Shown here one piece after another: positions 50,112 to 59,062 of a stretch of 64,000 bases of DNA. Every line of letters starts with the position of its first letter. Within the stretch, counting starts at the first letter, position 1. The position numbers and the translations under genes are program-made. The DNA comes from Candidatus Latescibacterota bacterium (GTDB taxonomy: Bacteria > Latescibacterota > UBA2968), in assembly GCA_965116885.1 (NCBI GenBank), contig OZ220741.1, forward strand, positions 2,816,001 to 2,880,000, in the 5' to 3' direction. The notes below the pieces were generated by a model. The model was not told the DNA's origin. It did not search any database and was given only the letters and a program-made list of their open reading frames with translations.

Positions 50112-51149
50112 ATGGATATGACATTTCCTGGCGCAGAATGGGAGACGAGACCGCCCGGTGATCTCGGCTTTGACGCGGAGAAGCTCGCGCGGGTGCAGAG
50201 GTGGTTGCGCGAGGTGGCGGATGACAGGTCCTTTCAGGTGGGGATTGCGCGTTATGGGTATCTCACTGCAGAGTGGCGGCAAGGTGTTGCGGCTGATTCT
50301 TCGCACTCACAGGCGTCTGCCGCTAAGTCGTATTATTCGACGCTTCTGGGTATTATAGTGGCGAAGGGCAAGCTATCTTCGCCGGATGAAAGAGTCGTCG
50401 ATTACTATCCTGAGATGATGGATGTGGGCGAGCAGGAGGGTCCAAAGCCCGGGCGGTATGCGTTTGAGAAAGATCGCGATATTACCTTTCGGCATTTGAT
50501 ATGCAATGTGTCGGGTTATATGAAGCCGGGGGAGAAACCGGGCGAGGTTTTTCACTATCAGACTTATGGGATGAATATTCTGACCCATGCAATGGCTAAA
50601 ATTTATGGGTGTTACGATGCAGATGATCCCGAGGGTTTGCCGGGATGTGGGAAGGTGATCGAAGAAAAGTTACGCGATCCCATTGGCGGGACCTGGACGC
50701 ATTCGCATTCCAATTTTGATCTGTGGCCCAGTGCGCGGTTAAATATCTTCGGGTATTACACGCAGGTGCATACCACATTGCGCGATCAACTGCGGGTGGG
50801 GCATTTGTGGGGCAATTACGGCAATTGGAATGGGGTTCAGGTTGCGCCGGAAAGTTATTTGCGCGAGGCAACGGTGACGAATGATTTTATTCTGGAAAAC
50901 GAACCTGAAGAGAATTGGAAATACGGTCACGGATTCTGGTGCAATGATCGCGGGATGCAGTGGGCAGATGCACCGAGGGATTCTTTTGCCGCATCGGGCG
51001 CTGGTGCGAAGCATATATGGATGTGCCCGCGATTGGGTTTGGTCATTGCGCAAAATCCAGGTCTGTGGGATCAGTTCAGGGAAGAGCAGGATAAGGTCGG
51101 GAGCCAGAATGAGGTGATTGCGCGAGTTGTGAATGCGGTAAAGGAATAG
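50112..51149 (+). CDS. Serine hydrolase (beta-lactamase/class C-like)
   Basis: SAAK (SxxK), ITFRHL, PGEVFHY, YGHGFW, ASGAG. Confidence 0.8.
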   Translation: MDMTFPGAEWETRPPGDLGFDAEKLARVQRWLREVADDRSFQVGIARYGYLTAEWRQGVAADSSHSQASAAKSYYSTLLGIIVAKGKLSSPDERVVDYYPEMMDVGEQEGPKPGRYAFEKDRDITFRHLICNVSGYMKPGEKPGEVFHYQTYGMNILTHAMAKIYGCYDADDPEGLPGCGKVIEEKLRDPIGGTWTHSHSNFDLWPSARLNIFGYYTQVHTTLRDQLRVGHLWGNYGNWNGVQVAPESYLREATVTNDFILENEPEENWKYGHGFWCNDRGMQWADAPRDSFAASGAGAKHIWMCPRLGLVIAQNPGLWDQFREEQDKVGSQNEVIARVVNAVKE

Positions 51150-51162
51150 GGAGGATATATAG

Positions 51163-52485
51163 ATGGATGCAAAAACCAAAAAATTGCAGGTGGATCAGGC
51201 TGTGAAATCGCAGTCGCGGCGGGCGTTTAAGCTGTCGCGGCGTATTCACGGCTGGGCAGAGCGGCCGTTTCGGGAATACGAGTCGTCGAAGGCGTTGGCG
51301 GCGTATTTGGAGGAGAACGGATTTCAAATTGAATTTCCGTGGAAAAATATCCCGACGGCTTTTCGCGCTATATGGGGCACGGGCAAACCCTCTATTGGCA
51401 TGTTGGGGGAGTACGACGCATTGCCCAATTGCGGTGCCGAGGAGGGCACCTGGGGCCACGGCTGAGGTCATAATCTTTTGGGCGTTGCCCCGGCCGCAGG
51501 TGCGGTTGCTGCAAAGACAGTATTGGAAAATTTGAAATCATCCGGCCAGATTATTTATTACGGCTGTCCGGCCGAAGAGACGCTGGCGGGTAAGGTGTAT
51601 ATGGCCCGCGATGGCGCGTTTCGAGATCTGGATGCGGTGCTGGCATGGCATCCGGGATCGGGTACAGGTGTTAGCAATTATGGCGGTTCGTCGCTGGATT
51701 CTCTGGTGTATGAGTTTTTTGGCAAGACGTCTCACGGCGCGAGTGCTCACAATGGGCGCAGTGCATTGGACGGGGTGATGTTGATGGATGTTGCGGCGAA
51801 TTATTTGCGCGAGCACGTTCCCGAAAATGTGCGTATCCACTGCGTGATTCGGGATGGCGGGGATGCGCCCAATGTGGTGCCGGCTTATGCGAAGGTGTGG
51901 TACTATGTGCGGGGGAAGGATCGCGAACAGGTGAATAAAGTACGCAAGCGATTGACCAAATGCGCCAAAGGTGCGGCGATGGCCACGGAAACGACTATGA
52001 AATGGCATCGTATCACGGCTGTGTACCCGCGTTTGCCAAATGATGTGATGTGCGAAACTGTGCGTCAAAATCTCGAATTATTCGGTCCGCCGCGTGCTTC
52101 TAAAAAAGATAAGGAACGCGTAAAGGAATTGGGATACAAAGGTGAATTTGACGGGAAGATCAAAAAGGGGAAGGGTTCACAGGGGCGCGGGTCTTCGGAT
52201 GAAGATAATGTGTCATGGCTGGCACCGATGGGGCGGTTTCAGATGGTGTGTTATACAAAGGGCACGCCGGGTCATCACCGCGATACGACCGCACAGGCAG
52301 TAATGCCTTTTGCCGAGCGCGCGATTTTGCAAACGGCCAAGGTGTTTGCGGGGTCGGCTCTTGATCTGATTTTGGACAACAAGGTGTTGCAAGCAGCGCG
52401 TGCGGAATTTAAGAAGGGAACAAAGGAGTTTGAGTACGATCCGCTGATTCCGAAGCGCCAGAAGGTTCCCGTGGATCCTCCATAG
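51163..52485 (+). CDS. M20D/AbgB-like amidohydrolase with in-frame UGA (putative selenocysteine at codon 101)
   Basis: ORFs 51163-51465 and 51478-52485 are in the same frame, separated only by TGA 51463-51465. Joined, they read EYDAL...GHG[U]GHNLLG...GCPAEE...WHP...GRSALD...NYLREH...PNVVP...GSSD, 440 aa. Confidence 0.85.
51484..51514 (+). promoter_or_regulatory. Putative bacterial SECIS hairpin
   Basis: TTGC-CCC-GGCCGC-AGGT-GCGGTT-GCT-GCAA. The apical loop AGGU lies 32 nt 3' of the UGA. Confidence 0.6.
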
Positions 52486-52498
52486 AAGGAGATGAGAT

Positions 52499-53491
52499 TT
52501 GAAAACACAAAGATTAATATGCACAGATGTCCGGCGGATTGAATTAGAGGACGTTGATTTGCCGCGTGTGCCAGACAATGGCATTTTGGTGCAGAATGAT
52601 TATACTGCCGTGAGTGTGGGTACGGAAATTTACAATTATGCACACGGGGGTGAACCGTCGCGTGCGAGGACATTTCCGCGGCCAACGGGATATTGCAATA
52701 CGGGTGTGGTGCTCGAGGTGGGCAAAGATGTGAAGGGGATAGAACCCGGTGATCGCATTGCTGCGCAGGGCAATCACGCCAGTCATGCCGTTTTGAGCGG
52801 GAATTTTCTCAAGACTCCCGAAGGTGTTTCGCCCAGGTCCGCGGCTTTTATGGTTATGTGTGCGATTGCCATGCACGGGCATCGGGTTGGACGTCCGGAG
52901 TTGGGCGAGGTTGTTGCAATTACCGGTATGGGTATTGTGGGCCAGTTAGCAGCGACCTTTGCGCGGTTGGCTGGCGCGCTTCCGGTTATTGCGATTGATC
53001 TGGATGATTTTCGGTTGGGTAAGGCGAGAGATCGGGGGGCAGATGTTTGTGTCAATCCCAGTACTACAGAGGATGTCGCCGAGGTGGTGCGCGAGCATTG
53101 CGTGGGCGATGGTGTCGATCTGGTTATTGAAGCAACGGGTATTCCAGCGGTTTATCCCATGGCGCTGACTTTACCCCGGTTGGGTGGCCGTCTGGTCGCG
53201 TTGGGGTCTCCGCGCGGTACCGTAGAAGTGAGTTTTTTGCCCGAGGTTCACTTGCGCGAGATCACAATTCTGGGCGCACATCAGCCCAAGACGCCGGATA
53301 ATGACCATATTTATTATCCGTGGAGCAAGCACAGAGATCGCGAGCTAATTTTGCGTTTGATGGCTGCGGGCAAGTTGCCCATCGAAGATTTGATTACCCA
53401 TGTTGTCAATCCCGTCGATTGTCAGGCTACCTACGACATGCTCGCCGATAATCCCAGAGAAGCGTTAGGCGTGGTATTTGAGTGGAGGTGA
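52499..53491 (+). CDS. Zinc-binding (MDR) dehydrogenase family
   Basis: VSVGTE, GY...G.V, GMGIVG, VIEATG, LITH. Confidence 0.85.
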   Translation: MKTQRLICTDVRRIELEDVDLPRVPDNGILVQNDYTAVSVGTEIYNYAHGGEPSRARTFPRPTGYCNTGVVLEVGKDVKGIEPGDRIAAQGNHASHAVLSGNFLKTPEGVSPRSAAFMVMCAIAMHGHRVGRPELGEVVAITGMGIVGQLAATFARLAGALPVIAIDLDDFRLGKARDRGADVCVNPSTTEDVAEVVREHCVGDGVDLVIEATGIPAVYPMALTLPRLGGRLVALGSPRGTVEVSFLPEVHLREITILGAHQPKTPDNDHIYYPWSKHRDRELILRLMAAGKLPIEDLITHVVNPVDCQATYDMLADNPREALGVVFEWR

Positions 53492-53541
53492 TCTCGCCTG
53501 CTAAAATAAAATCCCTGTCAGAACCATAGAGGAGATCGAAT

Positions 53542-54510
53542 ATGAGACACCACTCTTTTGGAAATCGTGCTGCTGTAAAGGTTTTCGGATTCTATCTTCT
53601 TTTATTTTTCTCATTCTCTTTCTTTGCTAATATCGGGAAAGTTTTCGCACAAGTCTCACAAAGCAGAGGTTTGGCTTCACAGATGTCAGAGAGAGCAACC
53701 ATTAAAAATTACAAGTACGGCCCCCATGAGCGGAACGTATTTGATTTTTATCCGGCACAATCAGACGAACCCACCCCTGTTGCTGTGTATATTCACGGCG
53801 GCGGTTTCAGAAACGGCAGCAAGGACGGGATTAATAATAAGACGTTGAAAGCTTTATTAGATGCGGGCATTTCTGTCGCGGCTTTTAACTATCGCTATGT
53901 CCAGCAGGCTCCTTTGCCTGCTGCGCACTACGATTGTCGCCGAGCGCTTCAGCTTCTGCGTTCCAAAGCCACCGCATGGAACATCGATAAAAATCGGATC
54001 GGTGCATTTGGCGGATCGGCCGGAGCACAAATTTGCATGTATCTTGCTTTTCACGAAGACATGGCCCGTCCAGACAGCGATGATCCAATCGAACGCGAAT
54101 CTACCAGACTTCAGGCCGTGGCCACATCTGGCGGTCAGACCACGATGGACGTTGCCTGGTGGAAGCAGAATATTCCCGGGTACGACGAATCCCATCGAGA
54201 TTTTTATCAGACATTGGGCGCAACGACCCAGGAAGAATATCAGAATCGCGTAAGCGAGATTTCGGCACTTGATTTGGTATCAAAGGACGATCCCGCTATT
54301 TATATGAGCTATAGAATGTCACCGGAAGACCCTGTGCCAGGAGGACAGACTGCTCGTGGTTGGAAAGTGCATCATGTGCAGTTTGGTGTTGCTTTAAAAG
54401 AAAAAATGGCAGCGCTTGGTATAGAATCTGATCTGGTTTATCCAGGTTCAAAAAACAAATATCAAAGCAATGTTTACTACTTTATCTCAATGTTAAAAAA
54501 TAGAAAATAG
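53542..54510 (+). CDS. Secreted alpha/beta hydrolase (HSL-type esterase)
   Basis: Signal/TM, YIHGGGF, NYR, GGSAGA. Confidence 0.85.
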   Translation: MRHHSFGNRAAVKVFGFYLLLFFSFSFFANIGKVFAQVSQSRGLASQMSERATIKNYKYGPHERNVFDFYPAQSDEPTPVAVYIHGGGFRNGSKDGINNKTLKALLDAGISVAAFNYRYVQQAPLPAAHYDCRRALQLLRSKATAWNIDKNRIGAFGGSAGAQICMYLAFHEDMARPDSDDPIERESTRLQAVATSGGQTTMDVAWWKQNIPGYDESHRDFYQTLGATTQEEYQNRVSEISALDLVSKDDPAIYMSYRMSPEDPVPGGQTARGWKVHHVQFGVALKEKMAALGIESDLVYPGSKNKYQSNVYYFISMLKNRK

Positions 54511-54624
54511 ACGAGTTTGAGGCACCAGTTTGGGCCTTTTTTCTTTGACAAGTCGATTTTGGGGCGCAATTATAGGGGCGTAAAAATGCAGATCTACTGT
54601 TCAAAATATTTTACGAGGTGATCA

Positions 54625-55092
54625 ATGGCTTTCAAAACTACTGATTTGTGCGATGAACACGAAACCGATCCAGCACTTCAAGTTGCCGAACCGATATTCA
54701 ATGACTATGGCGGCGTTACAGTTCACGAAGACAATGTGCTGGTGCGCGAGATACTCGAAACACCGGGCGAGGGACGGGTTCTCGTCGTTGATGGCGAGGG
54801 TTCGATGTGGTGTGCGCTTTTGGGGGATATGGTCGCTGAAATTGCCAGCGACAATGGCTGGTCGGGGATTGTCATAAATGGCGGTGTGCGCGATGTGTCT
54901 GAACTTGCACAAATTGAAATAGGTGTCAAGGCGCGCTTTGCTGTGCCGCGTCGCAGCCGAAAAGAAGGACAGGGACGACAGGATACGCCTCTTGCATTTG
55001 CTGGCGTCACCTTTCTTCCGGGCGATTATCTCTACGCCGATGAAGACGGCATTTTGATTGCTACGAGAGATTTATTAGACGCGCAGGCTTGA
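54625..55092 (+). CDS. rraA: RraA/HMG-aldolase family protein (apparent internal in-frame deletion)
   Basis: TTDLCD, EDN.LV, GRVLVVDGEGS..CALLGD, G.VRD, PGDYLYADEDGI. Confidence 0.85.
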   Translation: MAFKTTDLCDEHETDPALQVAEPIFNDYGGVTVHEDNVLVREILETPGEGRVLVVDGEGSMWCALLGDMVAEIASDNGWSGIVINGGVRDVSELAQIEIGVKARFAVPRRSRKEGQGRQDTPLAFAGVTFLPGDYLYADEDGILIATRDLLDAQA

Positions 55093-55126
55093 TCTGCAAT
55101 ACAACCTCACACTACGGAGACAAACT

Positions 55127-56494
55127 ATGCCGCAGACAGATCGACCCAATATCTTGTTTATTATGGACGACCAGCATCGTTTTGATTATATGGGCTGTGC
55201 AGGTGCTGATTTTGTTCGCACGCCCAATATTGACCGCCTGGCAAAGCAGGGGGTGCATTTTACCCAATGCACGACAAATTGCCCTGTTTGTGCGCCTTCG
55301 CGCATTGCTCTGGCTTCTGGGATGCAGCCCTCGCGCCTCGGTTGCGTTGGGAACAATTGCTTTTTGCCTCGCAGCCAACCGACTTATTACCAGCAATTGC
55401 GCGATTACAATTATTACGTGGGGTGTGTGGGCAAGCTCGATCTGGCCAAACCCGACGGGTACAATGGACGCGATGGCGATAGGCCCGCTACGTATATGTG
55501 GGGTTTTACACATCCGGTTGAATGCGAGGGCAAAATGCACGCTGGACATTCCAAAACACCGCAGGGACCTTATAACCACTTTTTGGAGGAAAGAGGGTTG
55601 CTCGGTGCTTTTGTCGATGATTATACCCGTCGCTCCAGAGAGGGGTATCACGCTTCCTGTCACGATTCGGTCTTGCCTACCGAAGCTTTTGAGGATGTGT
55701 ATATCGGGCAGCGATCTGTTGAATGGATTGAGAATATTCCCGGGGATTTTCCCTGGCATTTATTTGTGAGCTTTGTGGGGCCTCACGATCCTTTTGATCC
55801 GCCAGCGGAATATGGAGAGAAGTACCGCGATGCAGAGATGCCACCCGCCACGCCTGCAAATTTGCCGGGTAAACCCGCTTACTTAAAAGATCGCATCAAA
55901 GACATGACCCCGGAAAAAATCGCGGAGACACGGCGACAATATTGCGCGGCCATTGAAGTTATTGACGATCAGATCGGCGAGATGCTCGCGGCAGTGGAAC
56001 GGCGGGGGATGGCCGATAATACGTATGTCATCTTTTCCAGCGATCACGGAGAAATGCTGGGCGATCACGGTTTGTACACCAAAAGCGTGCCTTACGAAGC
56101 ATCGGTACACGTTCCGCTCATTATTGCGGGGCCTGGGATTGAAGGCGGTCGCGTCTCTGATGCTCTCGTTGAACTCATTGACATGAATCCAACGATATGT
56201 GATCTTGCTGGCGTGCCTCCGCTTTCGGATATCGATGCGCGGTCAGTTGGCGCAGTGCTTCGCGGAGAGGCAGAGGAACACCGTACGGAAACCGTGAGTG
56301 GCATACAAAATTTCAGGTGCATCCGCACGCGGGAGTACAAATTGGTGGAGAACTACAACGATGTTGCGGAACTCTACGATCTGATCGCAGATCCGACAGA
56401 AGAACACAATATTGCCGAACAGGAGCCAGAGGTACGGCGCGAATTGTCTCGCCGTCTCTCAGCGCGTTATTTAGAAGGCACATGGTATCGGTAG
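55127..56494 (+). CDS. Sulfatase (Cys-type, choline-sulfatase-like)
   Basis: PNILFIMDDQHR, CPVCAPSR, GPHDPF, SDHGEMLGDHG, LYDL..DP.E. Confidence 0.92.
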   Translation: MPQTDRPNILFIMDDQHRFDYMGCAGADFVRTPNIDRLAKQGVHFTQCTTNCPVCAPSRIALASGMQPSRLGCVGNNCFLPRSQPTYYQQLRDYNYYVGCVGKLDLAKPDGYNGRDGDRPATYMWGFTHPVECEGKMHAGHSKTPQGPYNHFLEERGLLGAFVDDYTRRSREGYHASCHDSVLPTEAFEDVYIGQRSVEWIENIPGDFPWHLFVSFVGPHDPFDPPAEYGEKYRDAEMPPATPANLPGKPAYLKDRIKDMTPEKIAETRRQYCAAIEVIDDQIGEMLAAVERRGMADNTYVIFSSDHGEMLGDHGLYTKSVPYEASVHVPLIIAGPGIEGGRVSDALVELIDMNPTICDLAGVPPLSDIDARSVGAVLRGEAEEHRTETVSGIQNFRCIRTREYKLVENYNDVAELYDLIADPTEEHNIAEQEPEVRRELSRRLSARYLEGTWYR

Positions 56495-56503
56495 GAGGGA
56501 ATC

Positions 56504-57487
56504 GTGAAATACACCAAACTTCCCGGTACGGATATCGATGTTTCTGTTATTGCTCTGGGCTGCTGGCCTTTTTCCGGTGGTGATGTTTGGGGAGAGCAAG
56601 ACGACGATGTGTCTGTCGCTACGGTGCATGCCGCGCTCGATGCAGGTATCACTTTTTTCGATACGGCAGAAGGCTATGGCAAGTCCGAGCGCGTGCTGGG
56701 GCAGGGTCTCAAAGGTCGTCGGCAAGATGCGGTGATTGCCACCAAAGTTGGCGGCGGTCATCTTTCTTCCGATGATTTGCCCAAAGCCTGCGAGCAGAGC
56801 TTGAAAAGTCTGCAAACAGATTATATCGATTTGTACCAAATTCACTGGCCCAATCACAATATTCCCATTGCAGAAACGGCAAGCGCGCTTCAGCGTCTCC
56901 GCGATCAGGGAAAAATTCGAGCTATTGGCGTTTGCAATTTTGCCTGCGGCGATCTGCGCGACTTGCTCGCTGTTGCCGATATTGTCACCAATCAGTTGTC
57001 CTATAGCTTGCTCTGGCGCGTTATTGAACGCGAGATTCAGCCGATGTGTTTGGAGAACAATATTGGCCTGATATGCTATAGCCCACTGATGCAGGGGTTG
57101 CTTACCGGACGTTATGCCTCTGCGGATGACGTGCCAGAGGGTCTGGCGCGAACCCGCCTGTTTTCGGATGACCGCCCCATGGCCAGGCACAGTGAAGAAG
57201 GCTGTGAGGCCGAAGTGTTTGAGGCGCTGAAAAATATTCGCGCTGTTGCCGATGAAGCAGACATCGCAATGGCCGAGCTTGCCCTTGCCTGGACACTACA
57301 ACAACCCGGCATTACATCGCTTCTGGTGGGCGCGAGAAATCCCGATGAAGTGCAATGGAATCTCCCTTCGGTTGATCTCGCATTGTCAGAAGATATATTG
57401 CAACGCTTATCCGAAATTACAGAGGGTGTTAAAGACAAACTCGGCAATAATCCCGATATGTGGATGTCGGAGTCGAGGATGAGGTGA
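56504..57487 (+). CDS. Aldo/keto reductase
   Basis: FFDTAEGYG, IATK, TDYIDLYQIHWP, GKIRAIGVCN, YSPL.QGLLTG. Confidence 0.93.
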   Translation: MKYTKLPGTDIDVSVIALGCWPFSGGDVWGEQDDDVSVATVHAALDAGITFFDTAEGYGKSERVLGQGLKGRRQDAVIATKVGGGHLSSDDLPKACEQSLKSLQTDYIDLYQIHWPNHNIPIAETASALQRLRDQGKIRAIGVCNFACGDLRDLLAVADIVTNQLSYSLLWRVIEREIQPMCLENNIGLICYSPLMQGLLTGRYASADDVPEGLARTRLFSDDRPMARHSEEGCEAEVFEALKNIRAVADEADIAMAELALAWTLQQPGITSLLVGARNPDEVQWNLPSVDLALSEDILQRLSEITEGVKDKLGNNPDMWMSESRMR

Positions 57488-57493
57488 AAGGTG

Positions 57494-57545
57494 TCCGCAG
57501 ATGGACGCAGATGGACGCAGATGGACGCAGATGGACGCAGATAAA
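57494..57545 (+). repeat. Decamer tandem repeat (GCAGATGGAC)4 + GCAGATAAA
   Basis: Four exact units directly after the AKR stop. Same family as 19888-19925. Confidence 0.9.
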
Positions 57546-57670
57546 AGGCGAGAGGCAAAGAAGGGCTGGGGGGTGAGCGGGCGGGATTTGATCGCTATTG
57601 GAAACACGATGCGACTTGTCTTTGTCTCATTTTTTAGATACGCTACGTTAGAAAGGATCAGGAGGCTCTC

Positions 57671-58018
57671 ATGGCTCATCTTCAGATTGACGACCCAGAA
57701 ACATTTTTTCGCACCTTTGCAGATCTTTTGGCTGCTGGCGAAGACGACAAGCACATGGCTCGAAAACTGGGATGCTCGCGGGGCGAAAGCAAGCGCAGGC
57801 GGCAGGCATTTCAAAAAGGGGGCATTGTGACGGAAAAAGGCGTATCGAAAGAAAAATTGGATGCCTGGCTGTCTTCAAGTGACGGTCAGCGCGCACAGCG
57901 CCAGTGGGAAGGCCATCACAAGCGTCAACAGGCTATGGGGGCAACGGGTACCAAACCGCAAAAGGGTTTTCGCAGACAGCCCGAAGTCAAGCGCGGTTGG
58001 ATGCGGCAAAAGATTTGA
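57671..58018 (+). CDS. Hypothetical basic protein
   Basis: Strong RBS (AGGAGG), followed by a terminator. Confidence 0.65.
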   Translation: MAHLQIDDPETFFRTFADLLAAGEDDKHMARKLGCSRGESKRRRQAFQKGGIVTEKGVSKEKLDAWLSSSDGQRAQRQWEGHHKRQQAMGATGTKPQKGFRRQPEVKRGWMRQKI

Positions 58019-58033
58019 GGTATTAGTTTGAGA

Positions 58034-58078
58034 AAAAAAAGGCCGATGGGTGATGTTCCATCGGCCTTTTATATTTTT
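58034..58078. terminator. Bidirectional rho-independent terminator
   Basis: A-tract, AGGCCGATGG-loop-CCATCGGCCT, T-tract, between convergent genes. Confidence 0.8.
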
Positions 58079-58083
58079 ATATC

Positions 58084-59058
58084 TCACCGCTCGTCGCGTT
58101 TCATGTCCAGCCAATTGAGTTCTTCTTGGGAGAGTTTCAAATTGAGAGCCTCGATATTGGCCCTGCACTCATCGGGATGGAATACGCCGATTAGTGAAAA
58201 GAGATTCAGGGGCTGATTCAGGTTGAATGCCAGCGCGATTTGCGGCACGGTTAGTCCTTTTTCTTTTGCCAGTTCGCCCGCGCGGTCCAGGCGTTTGAAG
58301 TTTTGTTCGTAACAATAGGCTTCGACGCAGGACCCGGGTAGATTTTTCTTATAGTCTTCATAAGTTTCGCGTGTGAATCTGCCTGAGAAAAATCCCTGTG
58401 CGAGACTCGACCAGGTAAACAGGGGCGTGTTTTGTTCTGCGTACCACGCGCGGTCCGCCTCGTTTTCAGGCCCACTGATGCTGATACAACCTCTCCAGGG
58501 TTCTTTCACCTGTTCTGCAAGGCTGTAATTGGGGCTGCTTACGGTAAATGGTTCCAGGTTGTGCTTGTATGCGTATTCATTGGCTTCTTGTATGCGCGGC
58601 ACGGTCCAGTTCGATCCGCCAAATAGTCCGATTCGACCCGCTGCCTTGTGTTCGTTTAGTATCTCTACTATGGGGCCAACTTCGACATTGAGATCGTCGC
58701 GGTGCAATACGTAGATGTCGATAAAATTCGTTCGGCAACGCTCCAATGATGTGGTCAGATCGGCTGTAATATCAGGTGGGGTGACTTTATTTTTCTTTCC
58801 AGTGTGATGTGCCCCTTTGGTTAAGATGACGGCTTCGTCGTGCAGGCCGCGCTCGTCGAGCCATTGGCCCAAAACGCGCTCACACTGCCCGCCGCCGTAA
58901 ATATATGCTCCGTCAAAGCCGTTGACGCCGAGTGCCCATACGCCGTCTAACAGGTCAAATGATTCTTGCAGATCGTCTTCGCGCAACATCATTGTACCTT
59001 GCAAAATGCGCGAAATTTTTTTGTTCATTCCTTCAATTGTGCCGTATTCCATTGGCAT
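58084..59058 (-). CDS. Aldo/keto reductase
   Basis: FD.A.IYG, LTKG, IDIYVLHRDD, GGSNW, WSSLAQG. Confidence 0.9.
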   Translation of the reverse strand: MPMEYGTIEGMNKKISRILQGTMMLREDDLQESFDLLDGVWALGVNGFDGAYIYGGGQCERVLGQWLDERGLHDEAVILTKGAHHTGKKNKVTPPDITADLTTSLERCRTNFIDIYVLHRDDLNVEVGPIVEILNEHKAAGRIGLFGGSNWTVPRIQEANEYAYKHNLEPFTVSSPNYSLAEQVKEPWRGCISISGPENEADRAWYAEQNTPLFTWSSLAQGFFSGRFTRETYEDYKKNLPGSCVEAYCYEQNFKRLDRAGELAKEKGLTVPQIALAFNLNQPLNLFSLIGVFHPDECRANIEALNLKLSQEELNWLDMKRDER

Positions 59059-59062
59059 AATA

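Noticed and set aside
51163..52485. Genome-wide UGA reassignment (code 4 or 25) as the explanation for the internal TGA
   Set aside because: Many genes here end properly in TGA (for example parC, mtnA, smc), Trp is TGG, and the TGA aligns with a Cys. A simple nonsense mutation is disfavoured but not excluded.
57494..57545. Possible CRISPR array
   Set aside because: The units are 10 bp with no unique spacers, and no cas genes are present in the window.
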